A DNA stretch of 64,000 bases from assembly GCA_035084275.1 (NCBI GenBank), contig CM068742.1:93496001-93560000 (forward strand), read 5' to 3'. Source of the stretch: Hydrolagus colliei. Its lineage: Eukaryota. Positions 38,506 to 49,959 of the stretch are shown piece after piece. The notes beneath the pieces are model-generated. The model searched no databases. It was given only the letters and a program-made list of their open reading frames with translations, and was not told the DNA's origin. Made by a program: the position numbers and the translations under genes. The number at the start of each line of letters is the position of its first letter. The stretch's first letter is position 1.

Positions 38506-39264
38506 AAAACTAACAATTTTGAGTTTATAACTAGAAACATAAAAACAGGTGAAGTGCATCTGTGATCTTGATAACCGTAATAGTTGTAGACAAGAGCAGA
38601 TCATTCAGCCTAAACATATGCATTTCATTTCAATTTCTCATACCAGAATGTCACCTTCCAAACAGTCAATGGGATCAGATATTTGTACAATATGAGATCA
38701 TTAGAATTCTGCAATAACTTTTGGCTGGTAAAAATGATTAATGAACAGCAGATGTTATTTTATAAAAGGAACCAAACATATTATTCTGCCAACTTTCTTT
38801 GCCATAAGAACCCTAAAATTAATGTATGAATAATCATGTTTTGCAGAAATTTGCAGATCAGTCTAAATTGCAAACCTAACAGTTATAGTTACCTTATTTT
38901 AAAAATGAAGGATTAAAAATCCTGCAAGTTTTGATAAAGGAACAAATTCTGGAAATCCTCTCAACAGCTATCAAAGCACAATGATGGGTGAGATCGAATG
39001 GGCAAAGGGCTTTCTTCATCCATACCTTCCGAGAATTGTACACAATCGAACCCACAATTCCATTATAAACAAATCACTCTCACTCACACTGTATTTATTT
39101 ATACAGAAATTCACCAGAAACCTACAAGCACTAGCCCCCTCCAGTACCTCACCCACAAGGTCAAGGCCACTGAAGTCCTGTAGCCCAGTGGTTAGAGCAC
39201 ACGCCTCGAAGCAAGAGATCTGGGTTCGATTCCTGGCAGGGTGAAATGTTGGAATATCTAGAAG

Positions 39265-39525
39265 ATGTGAATGGTTGAGTTTTAAATGGGATTCCGGACC
39301 AGAGAGTTCACATACCATAGGTCTTTGAAGTTGACAAGGCAGGTTGATAAATCTGTTAAAAAAGCATATGGAATTCTTGGCTTTATAAATAGAGGCACAG
39401 AGTAGAAAACCAAGGAAGTCCTGCTGAGCCTTTGTAAGATACTGGTTAGGCCTCAGCGGAGTATTGTATCCAATTCTGGGCACCACACTTTAGGAGAGGG
39501 TGGAGAGAAAATTTACCAGAATGGT
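39265..39525 (+). mobile_element. CR1 fragment
   Basis: GGCTTTATAAATAGAGGCACAGAG...CTGGTTAGGCCTCAGCGGAGTATTGTATCCAATTCTGGGCACCACACTTTAGG, homologous to 7182-7295. Confidence 0.8.
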
Positions 39526-40223
39526 AATAATCTAATCATAATAACAATAGTCCTTGGATTTTGACATAGTACCACCTCGTGTCTTTGAGGAATAAAGTGA
39601 CCAATTTTATTGTTTTAGAAGGAATCAAACCCGCAGCCGCTCACTTGCAAGGTGAGTGCTCTAACCATTACGATACTGACAAATTGCTCAGCATGCTAAG
39701 GACTTGTGCTTATGGAGACGGACTATAAATTTAAAGGCATATTTTTGTTACTTACCAAGCCTTAACACAATAAGATTGTATTTCTGTTCAGTAGGTCTCC
39801 CAACTTATTTTCAGAAAAAAATCATAGGATGATTAATGAGCAAAAATTATATATGCCTTGGTATAGATGTAAGTTGTTTTGTAGCATTAAAATCAAGTAA
39901 AGGAGCTTAAATACATGTATGGGAAATGGTAGCAAAAGGCTGAAAATTCAGGTGTAGCCCCGTGGATCTACATAAAAGTAAATTGTATTGTACTAAATCA
40001 TACATGACGCTCCCTCCTTCCACTGCACCAGACACCACCCATTATTTTGTCACAGGAGGCATTTGGCAAACAATCCCACGGAGAGTTTGTAAAGTCCAGA
40101 GAATTATGGCATTTCACTTAATAATTTGGAATGGGAAAGATACTGAGACAAATACAAACAGTACAGGAGGGTGCGTAGCATTGTCAGAAGTGTCTTCCTT
40201 TGGATGAGATGTTAAATAATATA

Positions 40224-40557
40224 CAGTAAAACCTTGATAATCTGACTTTTGAAAGGCGGCAGCTCCCCAAAACCGGCAAGATTTCAAAGTACATAAATGA
40301 TCACATTTTTTTCTGATGTCTGGCAAAAAGCCCAAAATTCGGAACAGTGGCTTGCTGTTCAGGCTGGAGACGCTGTATTATCCAGCACTGTGGTTGCCGG
40401 TGGGGCATTGTTTGGCCTCAGGGCTGTGTTTACAGCTCACATGGTGTATGGGATGGGGCTTCCCCAGTCATTTCTAGGGTAGGTTCTAAATCCCGATAAA
40501 CTCCGAAATCCGGAAGGTGGATGGCCCCAACCGGGCCGGATTATCGAGGTTTTACTG
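40224..40557. mobile_element. 334-bp Tc1/mariner-pogo-type MITE
   Basis: TIRs CAGTAAAACCTTGATAATCTG / CAGTAAAACCTCGATAATCCG (19/21), TA at 40222-23 and 40558-59. Confidence 0.9.
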
Positions 40558-40559
40558 TA

Positions 40560-40896
40560 TTATAATAATCCTTGCATTTGATCGGCATGTTGATATGTCT
40601 CAAATGCCTCTTAGAATATACTGTAGAGTAGATTGAATGTGTATTTTGTGGGCGAAACAAGCACAGCAATGTGACCAAATGTTTGTTTGGGAGCATTTTA
40701 GTACCTCCAGAAAGTAATCTGCCAAACAACTCAGTTTTTATTTACCACTGGATAAACAGTTTTTATTTACCACTGAATAAGAAGAGTTATATAGAATAAG
40801 GGAAACCATGCTTAAGGTTTCGCCCCATCTGGGAATTGAAGCAGGTCCTCATGCTTGTGAGGTGAGTGTGCGAGCCAGTATGCTGGAAGACTCCAC
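40560..40896 (-). mobile_element. tRNA-derived SINE (long variant)
   Basis: Tail at 40560, degraded head at 40820-40896, extra central module with an internal ~25-bp tandem duplication (40732-40790). Confidence 0.75.
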
Positions 40897-41237
40897 AATT
40901 GACTTCCTGCTGCCTGTTCAGGTGGAATGTTAAAATCCCAGGGTGCTATTCATGAAAGAAGGGAGTTTCTCATGGTGTCTCCTGGCCAGAAAATCCTCAA
41001 GTAAAATTGTCATTCACTTCATGACTGTTTATGGGTCATTGATGTGTGGAAATTTCCTGCCACGTTTGACCACAGTCATTCTACAGTATATCTTTTATTG
41101 TAAACTATGAGTTTAAGCTATCAGTTCCAGTCCTGAGATTGATCTTGAACCCACAATCTTCTGACCACTAGTGCTTGAGTTATGAACTGAGATAAATCTG
41201 TGCTGTCAAAGGGTACATTTCTTTTGAAGTGTACATT

Positions 41238-41595
41238 TACAACAATTTACATTTGCATAGCACCTTTTGCAACAGGAAGGTGTCACATGTCGCTTCACAA
41301 CAGCTGACCGGTAGCCAAGCTTGATAAAGGGCAGGGGGGTACTGAGGAGATGGGTGCCAGTTGAACCAAGAATGGTGGAAAAGATTCCGAAGACAGAAGA
41401 GGCAAGGCAGAGGATTTGGTATGGAGATCACAGAGCTTCAAATTCACCTACCAATGAGGTGACATGGTGACATGATGCATGCCAGTGTTTGGTGAGTGCA
41501 GGGAACAGAAGCAGCAATAAGGTTCAGGTGGTTGCAGAAGTTCTGCGGGCAAGGTCCATCGAGGGATTTGAAGGTGAGGATGAGGACCTAGAAAC
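41238..41595 (-). mobile_element. Old L2 3' fragment
   Basis: ACAACAATTTACATTTGCATAGCACC tail and GGGATTTGAAGGTGAGGATGAGGA (L2 FKILILTFK motif, reversed). Confidence 0.65.
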
Positions 41596-42170
41596 ACCAA
41601 AGCAATCTAAAGAATAATGCTCAGAAAAAAGTGCAATGTGGTTAACTGAGAACCCGTGGAACCAAAGTATAAGAGTGATGAGCATTGCTCCAAGTTTATT
41701 TGGATATTTCCAGTAGCGTATCACATCCTGACAGCTGGCAGCAAAATACGAAACATTCAACCAACTAGAATGCAGCACTTTGCAAAACTGTCTAATCAAC
41801 AGAGTAGTCTGAAGGCTTAGTCCCTTGGGAAAGGAAATAGTTGAAGGCTTGTCAAATCAAAGCAGTAGAAAAAGTTATTTTTATACGTCAGTATCAGCAC
41901 TTGGATACTATATGTGAATTATAGACAACGGTTTTTAAGACAGAAATTCTACCAATTTGTAGCCTTTCAGTGCAGTTTGTCTTAAAATTTAAGATCTTTC
42001 ACAATTGTCAGTCAGAATTGTGAAGCAGATTGTTTTTAAGAATCGCAGAGCAGCAGTTTCTAATTGAAAACTGAATTAAAAGAATTTCCACAAAAACGTG
42101 CAATTTAAATTTTAAGACAAAAATAGACTTACAGGTTATGAGGACAGTAGGTAATCCTTTCATGTTTTGC

Positions 42171-42578
42171 GTGTTAGCCTAGCTCAACTTGTAGCACTCT
42201 TGCCTCCGAGTCAGAAGGCTGTGAATTTAAGGGACTTGGAATTCATGGTCTAAACTGACACTCAAAAGCAGTGCTGGGAGTGTGCTGCATTTGTGGAAGG
42301 TCCTGGAGTTGAGACATTAAACTGAGCCCTATTTGCCTGTTCAGGTGGGTGTCAAAATGGTGCTCAAAAAGAGAAGTGAAATACTCAAAATGTCCTGGCT
42401 AAAAATCCGCCCAAATAAAATTGGTCATTCACTTCATGGCTGATGATGGGACACTGCTGTATGTAATTGATTGTCGCATTGTCCACAAAACACATTCCAC
42501 TTTACAATACATCCATTAATGTGCTTTGGGATGTCCTGCAACGTGACAATCATTATACCAAATGTAAAGATTATTATA
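42171..42578 (+). mobile_element. Older tRNA-SINE, DeuSINE/SacSINE1-like, near full length
   Basis: Head GTAGCACTCTTGCCTCCGAGTCAGAAGG, central GAGACATTAAACTGAG..GCCTGTTCAGGTGG..TGTCCTGGC resembling the Deu domain as I recall it, and an L2-type tail. Confidence 0.7.
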
Positions 42579-45500
42579 AAATAAGAAAACCACAGAATAT
42601 ACTCCCACTTTGAGAGGTTGAAAATGTCAATTCAGCTACCTGCAAACTGACTGAGCCATATTTCACTTCTCAGTACTCTGGGAGTTTGAGTCACTTCACA
42701 AACACAAGCTCAAATTGTTGCTTTAGAAAACAAACATTTGCCAACTGTCGTTGAGTACCTCTTGAGTGATAAACACAAAATAATGTCAATGGCCTGTATA
42801 AAATATTCCCTGAGAGATCAGCCTGTCACAAACTTAAAGAGCAGATCTATGCTGTCTGACAAGGTGTAGAGATTACAAGTTAAGAAATCAAGATAATAAC
42901 AACAAACATTTATAAATAACATTTATAAATAACATTTATATAGTGCTCTTCATTCAGGGAAGCGTTCCAGAGTGCTTGATAAGAACTACTCCAGCATTAT
43001 CTTCTTAACCAATATGAGGTTACTAGGACTAGGATTAGACATGTAGGTAATGGATCATAATGGAGAATGGTTGATTAAGGTGATACTAGCTTGACAAGCA
43101 ACAGGAAGCTTGTTAACCAGTACTCCCAATGGCAAACTGTGGTTTTTTTGCTGTACATCAAAATATACTCTGGACTTCCCAAATTTAATACAGTACTCCC
43201 TGGAATTAGGTAAGCAGGGTGGATCCCTTTCTTTGAAGAGAGGGTGCATATCACATTGCAGACACAAAGACATTTCCATGTATAGATGGCATACATATGT
43301 GATGTTCCAGCAAATTGGGAGGTTCTCCCGACATGAAAGGCCCTATCCAAATATAATTTTGTTGTTGGTTAGTCTGAAGCACGTTGATAGGTTTCTGCAC
43401 GTTAGACACTCGGCAAACCAAAACATAATCGAGAAGAGTGTTAGAGCTCAGGTTATTGGGGTGATTTCAGAAAGAACTTAACAATATAATGGGAAAACAT
43501 CAGGGCGAGTATTCTGCATATGTGCTGCTGAGTTTTCTTTATCCATATTTCCCTTGGGATCTTAAAACAGCATGTCACTTGAAGCAATGATATCGATCTT
43601 GAAATGTTGCTTAATGTCAGTAGTTTGGAAGGATATTGATAAAAGGGAGAACATTTTCACATGAAACATGAGCTTTGAGTAAGAAAATGTACTCCAGTGA
43701 TTTTAACTTCCTGATCCAGGCATCAGGCTGATCCATTTCCAGTAGGAAGAAAATTTGGTAACACTCATGCCAATGATCAAAGCCTTGGTTGCAAAAGGCA
43801 CAGAAACCAGCAGAGACAGTTGAATAGACACGAGCAGAGTTAGTTGCCTGATGTTGTTGTCTAAAGTCAGTGCATTAATAGAACAATGGTAGTGGGAATT
43901 CTCCTGTCTGTACTGGAAGAGTGTCTTGCCCATAATTGGAGGTCAGAATGCGGAGGAATGAGATCGCACATTTGTTTCAGCCCAGCCACTGGAATGTAAT
44001 CTCAGCAGATTCTGATTCTTCCTTCAAAATTCATCAAAAGCATGCAATGGGGATTCAATATTTATGTTGGCAGCTTGTTAGTAGAATATTAAAGATTCTA
44101 CAAAGAGGAATAAGAAATCCTGCCTAAGACATACTGCTCCTCTGGAGAGACAATCTGATCAAATAACATTCCTGTTTGGAGTAGGGATACAGCAGATTTA
44201 TTTTCTGATTTTGAATGTAATTTATGATCGTTTCCAACTATGTGCTACACATCTGTCTCAAATTAGTGAAAGAAGTGCACATCCACCAACAATGCTCCAG
44301 ATGTTTTCGATGCAGATGTGACATTTTCAACTCAGTTTCTCTTTGTTTTTAATGATTTCCACTCAAAACTATTTCCCAACTCCATATGGCTCATAATTCT
44401 CAATCAAAGTCTCTGTTATCCTCACTGAACGAACAGGAATCCTGATCGGTCAGTTTACACATCAGAAATGCCATCTGTCCGTAGCCAAATTCAAAAACAC
44501 TTTTTTCTTAAATTTAAAAAAATACACAGAATTGTACAAAATTCTTAAAATTCAGTGTTCATTTAGAAACTTTTTTCTGTTGTTAAAAAGAGCCAAATTG
44601 AGATGGAATTAAAGAATTTTTCACTGCACTGAGCTAGCTGATTTCAGCTGGCGTACAAATTGGGTGATGTTACAATTGACTTCAGTGCTGAGGGAGAATG
44701 TGTGTGTGTGTGTGTGTGTTGTGGGAGGGTGGGGGGGGAGGGAGAGAGAATGGGTCAGATTCCAACTCTTGTTTCCTGTAGAGTGACTTCTGCTGGAAAG
44801 TATGTGTCTATGGTAGGATCAGGCTTAAATGTAATGTTCCTTCCGCTCCATGGTATAAAAGATTAATTGATTCACATTTGGAATATCCAAATATGCATGA
44901 GGTATTTGGAAGATAACTGTTGTGTGTGGAACCATACACCATGAGTGTCTGCAGGGGAGAAAGAGGGAATCTGAGTTTTTAAAAAACCTCTAACAATTAT
45001 GATATTGCCTGTCCATTTTGAAGCCAATCCGAACTGACAAGGAACACAGCACACCTTGAGATATCTGTAGCTATTAAGATTGTAAAGATGTTTTCTCAGA
45101 AACACTGTACTATATTGTAAGAACTCAGCAACACGATTCACCTGTCTGTGGCTCTGATTGACAGCAGCTGGAATGTCTCACCCAGTTGGAAGAAATTCGA
45201 GGTGTTGAATAATACTGACACCAAAAGTCAAGTTTAACTTTTTCCAATTTCAAACTCAGCGGTTGTCAAAGTTTGTAACACTGAATATGTTTAAATTATG
45301 GACGCAAGAGTCAATGAGATTCATAAAAAGATTCAATATATTTCAAAGAAAAATGTATTACTATATGTTATGTTAGGATTGTAGCAATATTTAGCTAAAT
45401 ATGGCACAAGTTAAGCTTCTGTTTAATAACACATCTTTAAGGCATTTGCCCATTTATCTGCTGCAGATACTGAACCAAAATGTATGGTTTATGAACAAAT

Positions 45501-46886
45501 TGTTGTTGGGAGTGAATCTTACCACAATTTAACTGTTCCTTGCTCAAGCTGCTGTTGTTGATTATAATAATGGTATTAATAATAATCCTTGCATTCGATG
45601 TAGCGCTGATAACATCCAAACATCTGAAAGCACTTTACAGGTAATTACCATCAATTGTAGTGACTATGTATTTGCAGCAAGCAAGGCTATAAGCTCCATG
45701 TCCTGACATGAACTGATCCATTCTGGTTACTGATCATATCTCACAACCTTCATCCTCATCATAACTTTCTATCTCTTAAAATTTCTGCACTAAGATTGGA
45801 GAAAGAAGCAACATTTGTTATCTACCATAATTAAGCTCTCTCGGACTTAACCAAGCATAATAAATCAAAGTTGTTGTTGTATAATTAAAGAATATTTTTT
45901 GTGTAAGTGCACTTTTCACTTCTATTTTATATAATTAACAAACAAAAAATTGCAGGAAAGCTTTTCAGTGGGTGTTGTGCAGAAGACAAGAGCATACATA
46001 TCTTGAAAATGAAAACTAAAGATAACAAGTGGTTAGATGACAATCGATAAATGAGTGTTCTCTTATGGGGAGGGGAAGGGTGGGAATAGCGATCAGTAAA
46101 GCAAATTTGGAACTTTGCCAAATCAAAATTAACCATATAAGCCCTACAAATTTGGCTATTCAACTCTCATGACAAGCAACAGAGAACAAGTTAAAGTGAC
46201 TGAAATCAGGCCATTGTATATAGCCTGATATGGATCTCCATTGATGCTGTGCCCAGCTGCTAGAACATACTGGATTTATCAGACAACAACACAATACCAT
46301 CTGATGCCTGCATTGATCAGAGGACAATGAGTCACATTTTTACAAGCAAGGCCCATCACCCTTTCTTCTCATTATTCTATTACGGGGACTTTTGCCTCCT
46401 CCTGTTCTTTCATGACCACCATGTCATATTTTCTATAGAATTAAACTCTTAATTTTATTGGCTGATATTTTCAAGATTAGTCTTCTGATTCAAAGAGTTG
46501 AACTGTGTTTAAAATAATAGGGGAGAAATTTATGGCATTTATCACAGGAGTATAATTATTCCAACAACTTGCATATAGCACCTTTTTTCATAAGAGAATG
46601 TGTTACTCTTTATAGAGATGGAGTGGAGCCTGAAAAGGGTGAGAGATAGGTGGGGGTGAAGGATTGGTATAGGAGGGAGGGGACTAAAACACAGACAAGA
46701 GGTAAGTTATCGTTAAAATAAAATTTGTATAGCACTTTTCACTTCGAAAGGATGTCCCAAGGCACTGTAAACATTACAAATTTTACTCATGATGCATACT
46801 TTTGAACATTAATACACGTACTTTTGAACATTAATTCGAACAACTCTATCAGATATTTGTTAAGGTTTAATAAACCACTTATCATT

Positions 46887-47306
46887 CAACAACAACAACT
46901 TGGATTTATGTAGTGCTCTCCACGCCAGACATCATCTCAGAGCACTTCACAAAGCGTGTCCCGGGGCCGAGCCAGGGTGGGGAGGATAAAGGTGACCAAA
47001 AGCACAGTCGAAAAGAAAAGTCCTCAGGTGCGACCTGAAAATAGGAAAGCAGGGGTTGAGGCGAAGGGAATGAGGGAAGGGAGTTCCAGAGCATCTAGGT
47101 GTAGTGGCTGAAGGTATAGTCGCTGACGGTGGAACGGAGGATTTGGGGGACAAGGAGGAGGCCAGACCCAGTAGAGCGAAGGCAACAGGTGCTGTTCTGA
47201 GGCGAGAGGAGGTCAGAGGGGTGCAGAGGAGTGGAGAGATTTGAAAATAAGAGTGAGGATCTTGAAATCGATCCCGTCCGAGACAGGGAGCCAGTGAAGT
47301 TTGGCA
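46887..47306 (-). mobile_element. L2 LINE 3' fragment
   Basis: Reverse complement of the 29250-29671 subfamily sequence. LWNSLP motif and (CAA)n at the start. Confidence 0.88.
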
Positions 47307-48007
47307 AGGATTCTGAAGCAGCGCCTTGGGATGTCCTCCCGGCCTGAAAGGCACTGTACAAATGTAATTTTGTTGATGTTGTTGAAATCATGATTGGTTA
47401 ATAGCTACAACCAACTTTGCCTTGAGTTAATGTTGGGGCAGTTAGTTCCTGTAGTTACTGTTATATTTAAATAGTTTACCCAAAACTTACAGGGATTTAT
47501 CTGTTGAGCGTTTTGAGTAGTTGGTAAATTGTGAGGTTGGCATTTCTGTGCTCGTCAAATTGTGTGATTTCAGGGAAGAATTCCTCCAAAGGCTGGGTTG
47601 TGAGCTGTTAGTACAGCAGACTTTCCAGCACTGAGATTATCTTTTGATAATACTCCTTACAATAACCAATGGATTCCAGGATTCCCCTCCAGACGTAATG
47701 CTGGTCAGTCTGATAACTTACTGCATCCAACACTGCAGAACATGCAGGCAGCAATCCCTATTAACGTTTGCTGTGATAAATCTTGTTGCTACCAGAGGTG
47801 GGATCACGAACCACTTAATGAGGTAATAGTAACCACTTCTCGAGGCAACAATGTTGCCTAGTTATTTTACAGTTAATGTTTCATCTAAAGCAATGTGAGA
47901 CAACAACAACAAAATTACACTTGTATAGCCTTTCACGTCAGGAGGACATCCCAATGCGCTGGACACATTACAAAGTGCTTCACAAAATATAACAGTGAAT
48001 TACAGTA

Positions 48008-49188
48008 CAGGTAAACCTCTATTTAGAACACTTCTATTTAGGACATTTCGATTGAAGGAACAGGATTTTTTTTAACACCTTTTGATCGATATAGGACACT
48101 TGGATTCGTTTTAACAAACAACATTTTTTTCTGCGCATGCACAGTACATATTTTGATTATCGCAATAGCATTTCACACGTTCTTTTTGTCCATACGCACA
48201 GTCCATAGTGTATTCGCGGGTAAATCGTGCTCGCACCTGATATCCAAGCATTTGAACTGGCCAATAGCATGTCACTACGTCATTGTTTAAAAGCCGGTTG
48301 ATTTTGAAGTGACACCGTGCCACGTCAGTATTACACTAATTTCCGAACATTCCCGAGCAACTTCAAGTGATTTACAGCCTCTACCCCCTTTATACCATGT
48401 AGAGAAAGACAGCAACATGAAATGAGCAGCAGCAATACTGCTAGCGGCCAGAATCTCTGCAAAGTCATCACTTTAAATACTAAATTGGAGCTGATAAAGC
48501 GCGTCGATTCTGATGAAAAAGGTACGGACATCAGGAGGGCTTTAGGGCTAACGGTGGCTACCATAAAACAGAATAAGGACAATATACTGGCAAGTTCAAG
48601 GTGTGTTGCAGCTACGGGTGCAAGCAGATTAGCAAAACATAGGAATGATGTGATGGAAAACATGGAAAGAATGTTGAGTGTTTGGATTGAGGCAGAACCA
48701 GTGTAACATACCACTCAACACCCTGGTTATCCAAGAGAAAATAAAATAATTGTTTAGGGAGTTAAATGATCAGGAAGGAGAAGGCTCAACGCCACCATCT
48801 TTCAGTGCTAGCAGAGGGTGGTTTCAAAGGTTTAAAAGACGCTATGGGCTCCACAACATCAAGATGAGTGGGGAAGCTGCAAATGCCACTGCCACTGTCA
48901 CACTGCCAGTGTTAAAGTTTGCCAGTGGTGTACTGTATTAAAGTTTGCCAGTATTAAAGTACAATACTGAACAGTTACCTCAAGTACCCCTCTTACCTAT
49001 GTGTGTTAATTTGTGTGTTTTGTGTGTTATGTTGTGTGGTTTTGTGTGTTATTTAGTGGCTTAAGGTAAAAAAAATTTTTGAAAAGAACGCATCTCTGGT
49101 TATATAATGGGACCGCATGGGAAATCGCATTTCGATCTAGATCCAGTTTTGCAGGAACGCAACCCCATCTTTAATAGAGGTTTACCTG
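48008..49188 (+). mobile_element. Tigger/pogo-type DNA transposon, internally deleted
   Basis: Perfect 16-bp TIRs CAGGTAAACCTCTATT with TA on both sides (48006-07, 49189-90). Transposase remnants inside. Confidence 0.93.
48422..48890 (+). pseudogene. Disrupted Tigger transposase N-terminus (CENP-B-like HTH domains)
   Basis: KVITLNTKLELIKRV...MENMERMLSVWIE and, in another frame, FSASRGWFQRFKRRYGLHNIKMSGEAANA. Frameshift and stop between the two blocks. No DDE domain. Confidence 0.88.
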
Positions 49189-49199
49189 TATAATAATTC

Positions 49200-49417
49200 T
49201 GTAATTCACTGAATAACAGAATACTGTGAATATAATATTCTATTATACAGTGAATTTTGTGGGCAAAACACAGCAGCCAATTGTATCCATGAACAGTCAT
49301 GGATTAAGTGATTGTATTGTTTTTTGAAGGGATTATTACCCACAGAAAGCAATTTCCCAATTGACTAACAATAGAGTTCCTAATCACCAATGGGTAAACA
49401 AAGGCATGTGGAGTAAA
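49200..49417 (-). mobile_element. tRNA-SINE partial (long variant)
   Basis: Reverse complement of the 53905-54065 module and body. Confidence 0.65.
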
Positions 49418-49878
49418 GTGGCTGTGCTTTCAGCCACTGTGCCCCAAACTTCTGGAATTTACTGTCTCAATCCCTCTGCTTAGCCCCTCCTCGCCCCATC
49501 TGTCTTCAGATTCCACCTGAAGACAATTACAGTGTATTCTGTAAACTGCTTTGAGACATCGATAAGATGTGGAATGCAAGGATTATTATTATTATCCTCT
49601 TGATCATGCCTTTGGAATCTTCCCTTTCTCCTCAACTCAATGTCAAACTACACCGTTGCTAATTGCTCCAATACATTACCTGTAAATACAAACTGTTGTT
49701 GTTGGAACCAGTGTTAATCCCATTATCGCTTGGATATACTGGCTTTCACATCAGGAGTACATCTCTAAGCAGTTCAAAGGTCATATTACTATACATAAAA
49801 GCGTAATGACTGTATTTAGTCAGTGTATATGAATGTTGACGGCTGCATGACAGTGGGGTCACTAGAACTGGCTTGTTT

Positions 49879-49959
49879 AGGGGGGGTGGGTGTGGCATGG
49901 GGTGGGTTGGGGGGGGTGGGTGTGGCGTGGGGTGGGTGGGGGGGCGGTGTGGTGGGGGA
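49879..49959 (+). repeat. G-rich tandem repeat (~30-nt unit)
   Basis: GGGGGGTGGGTGTGGCRTGGGGTGGGT repeated twice plus a partial copy. Confidence 0.85.

Larger units (their letters stand above)
40168..41090 (+). mobile_element. DeuSINE-like copy split by a SINE and a MITE (parts ~40168-40216 and 40900-41090)
   Basis: TTTGGATGAGATGTTAAA on the left resumes as TGCCTGTTCAGGTGGAATGTTAAAATCCCA on the right, collinear with 42310-42360. Confidence 0.7.
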
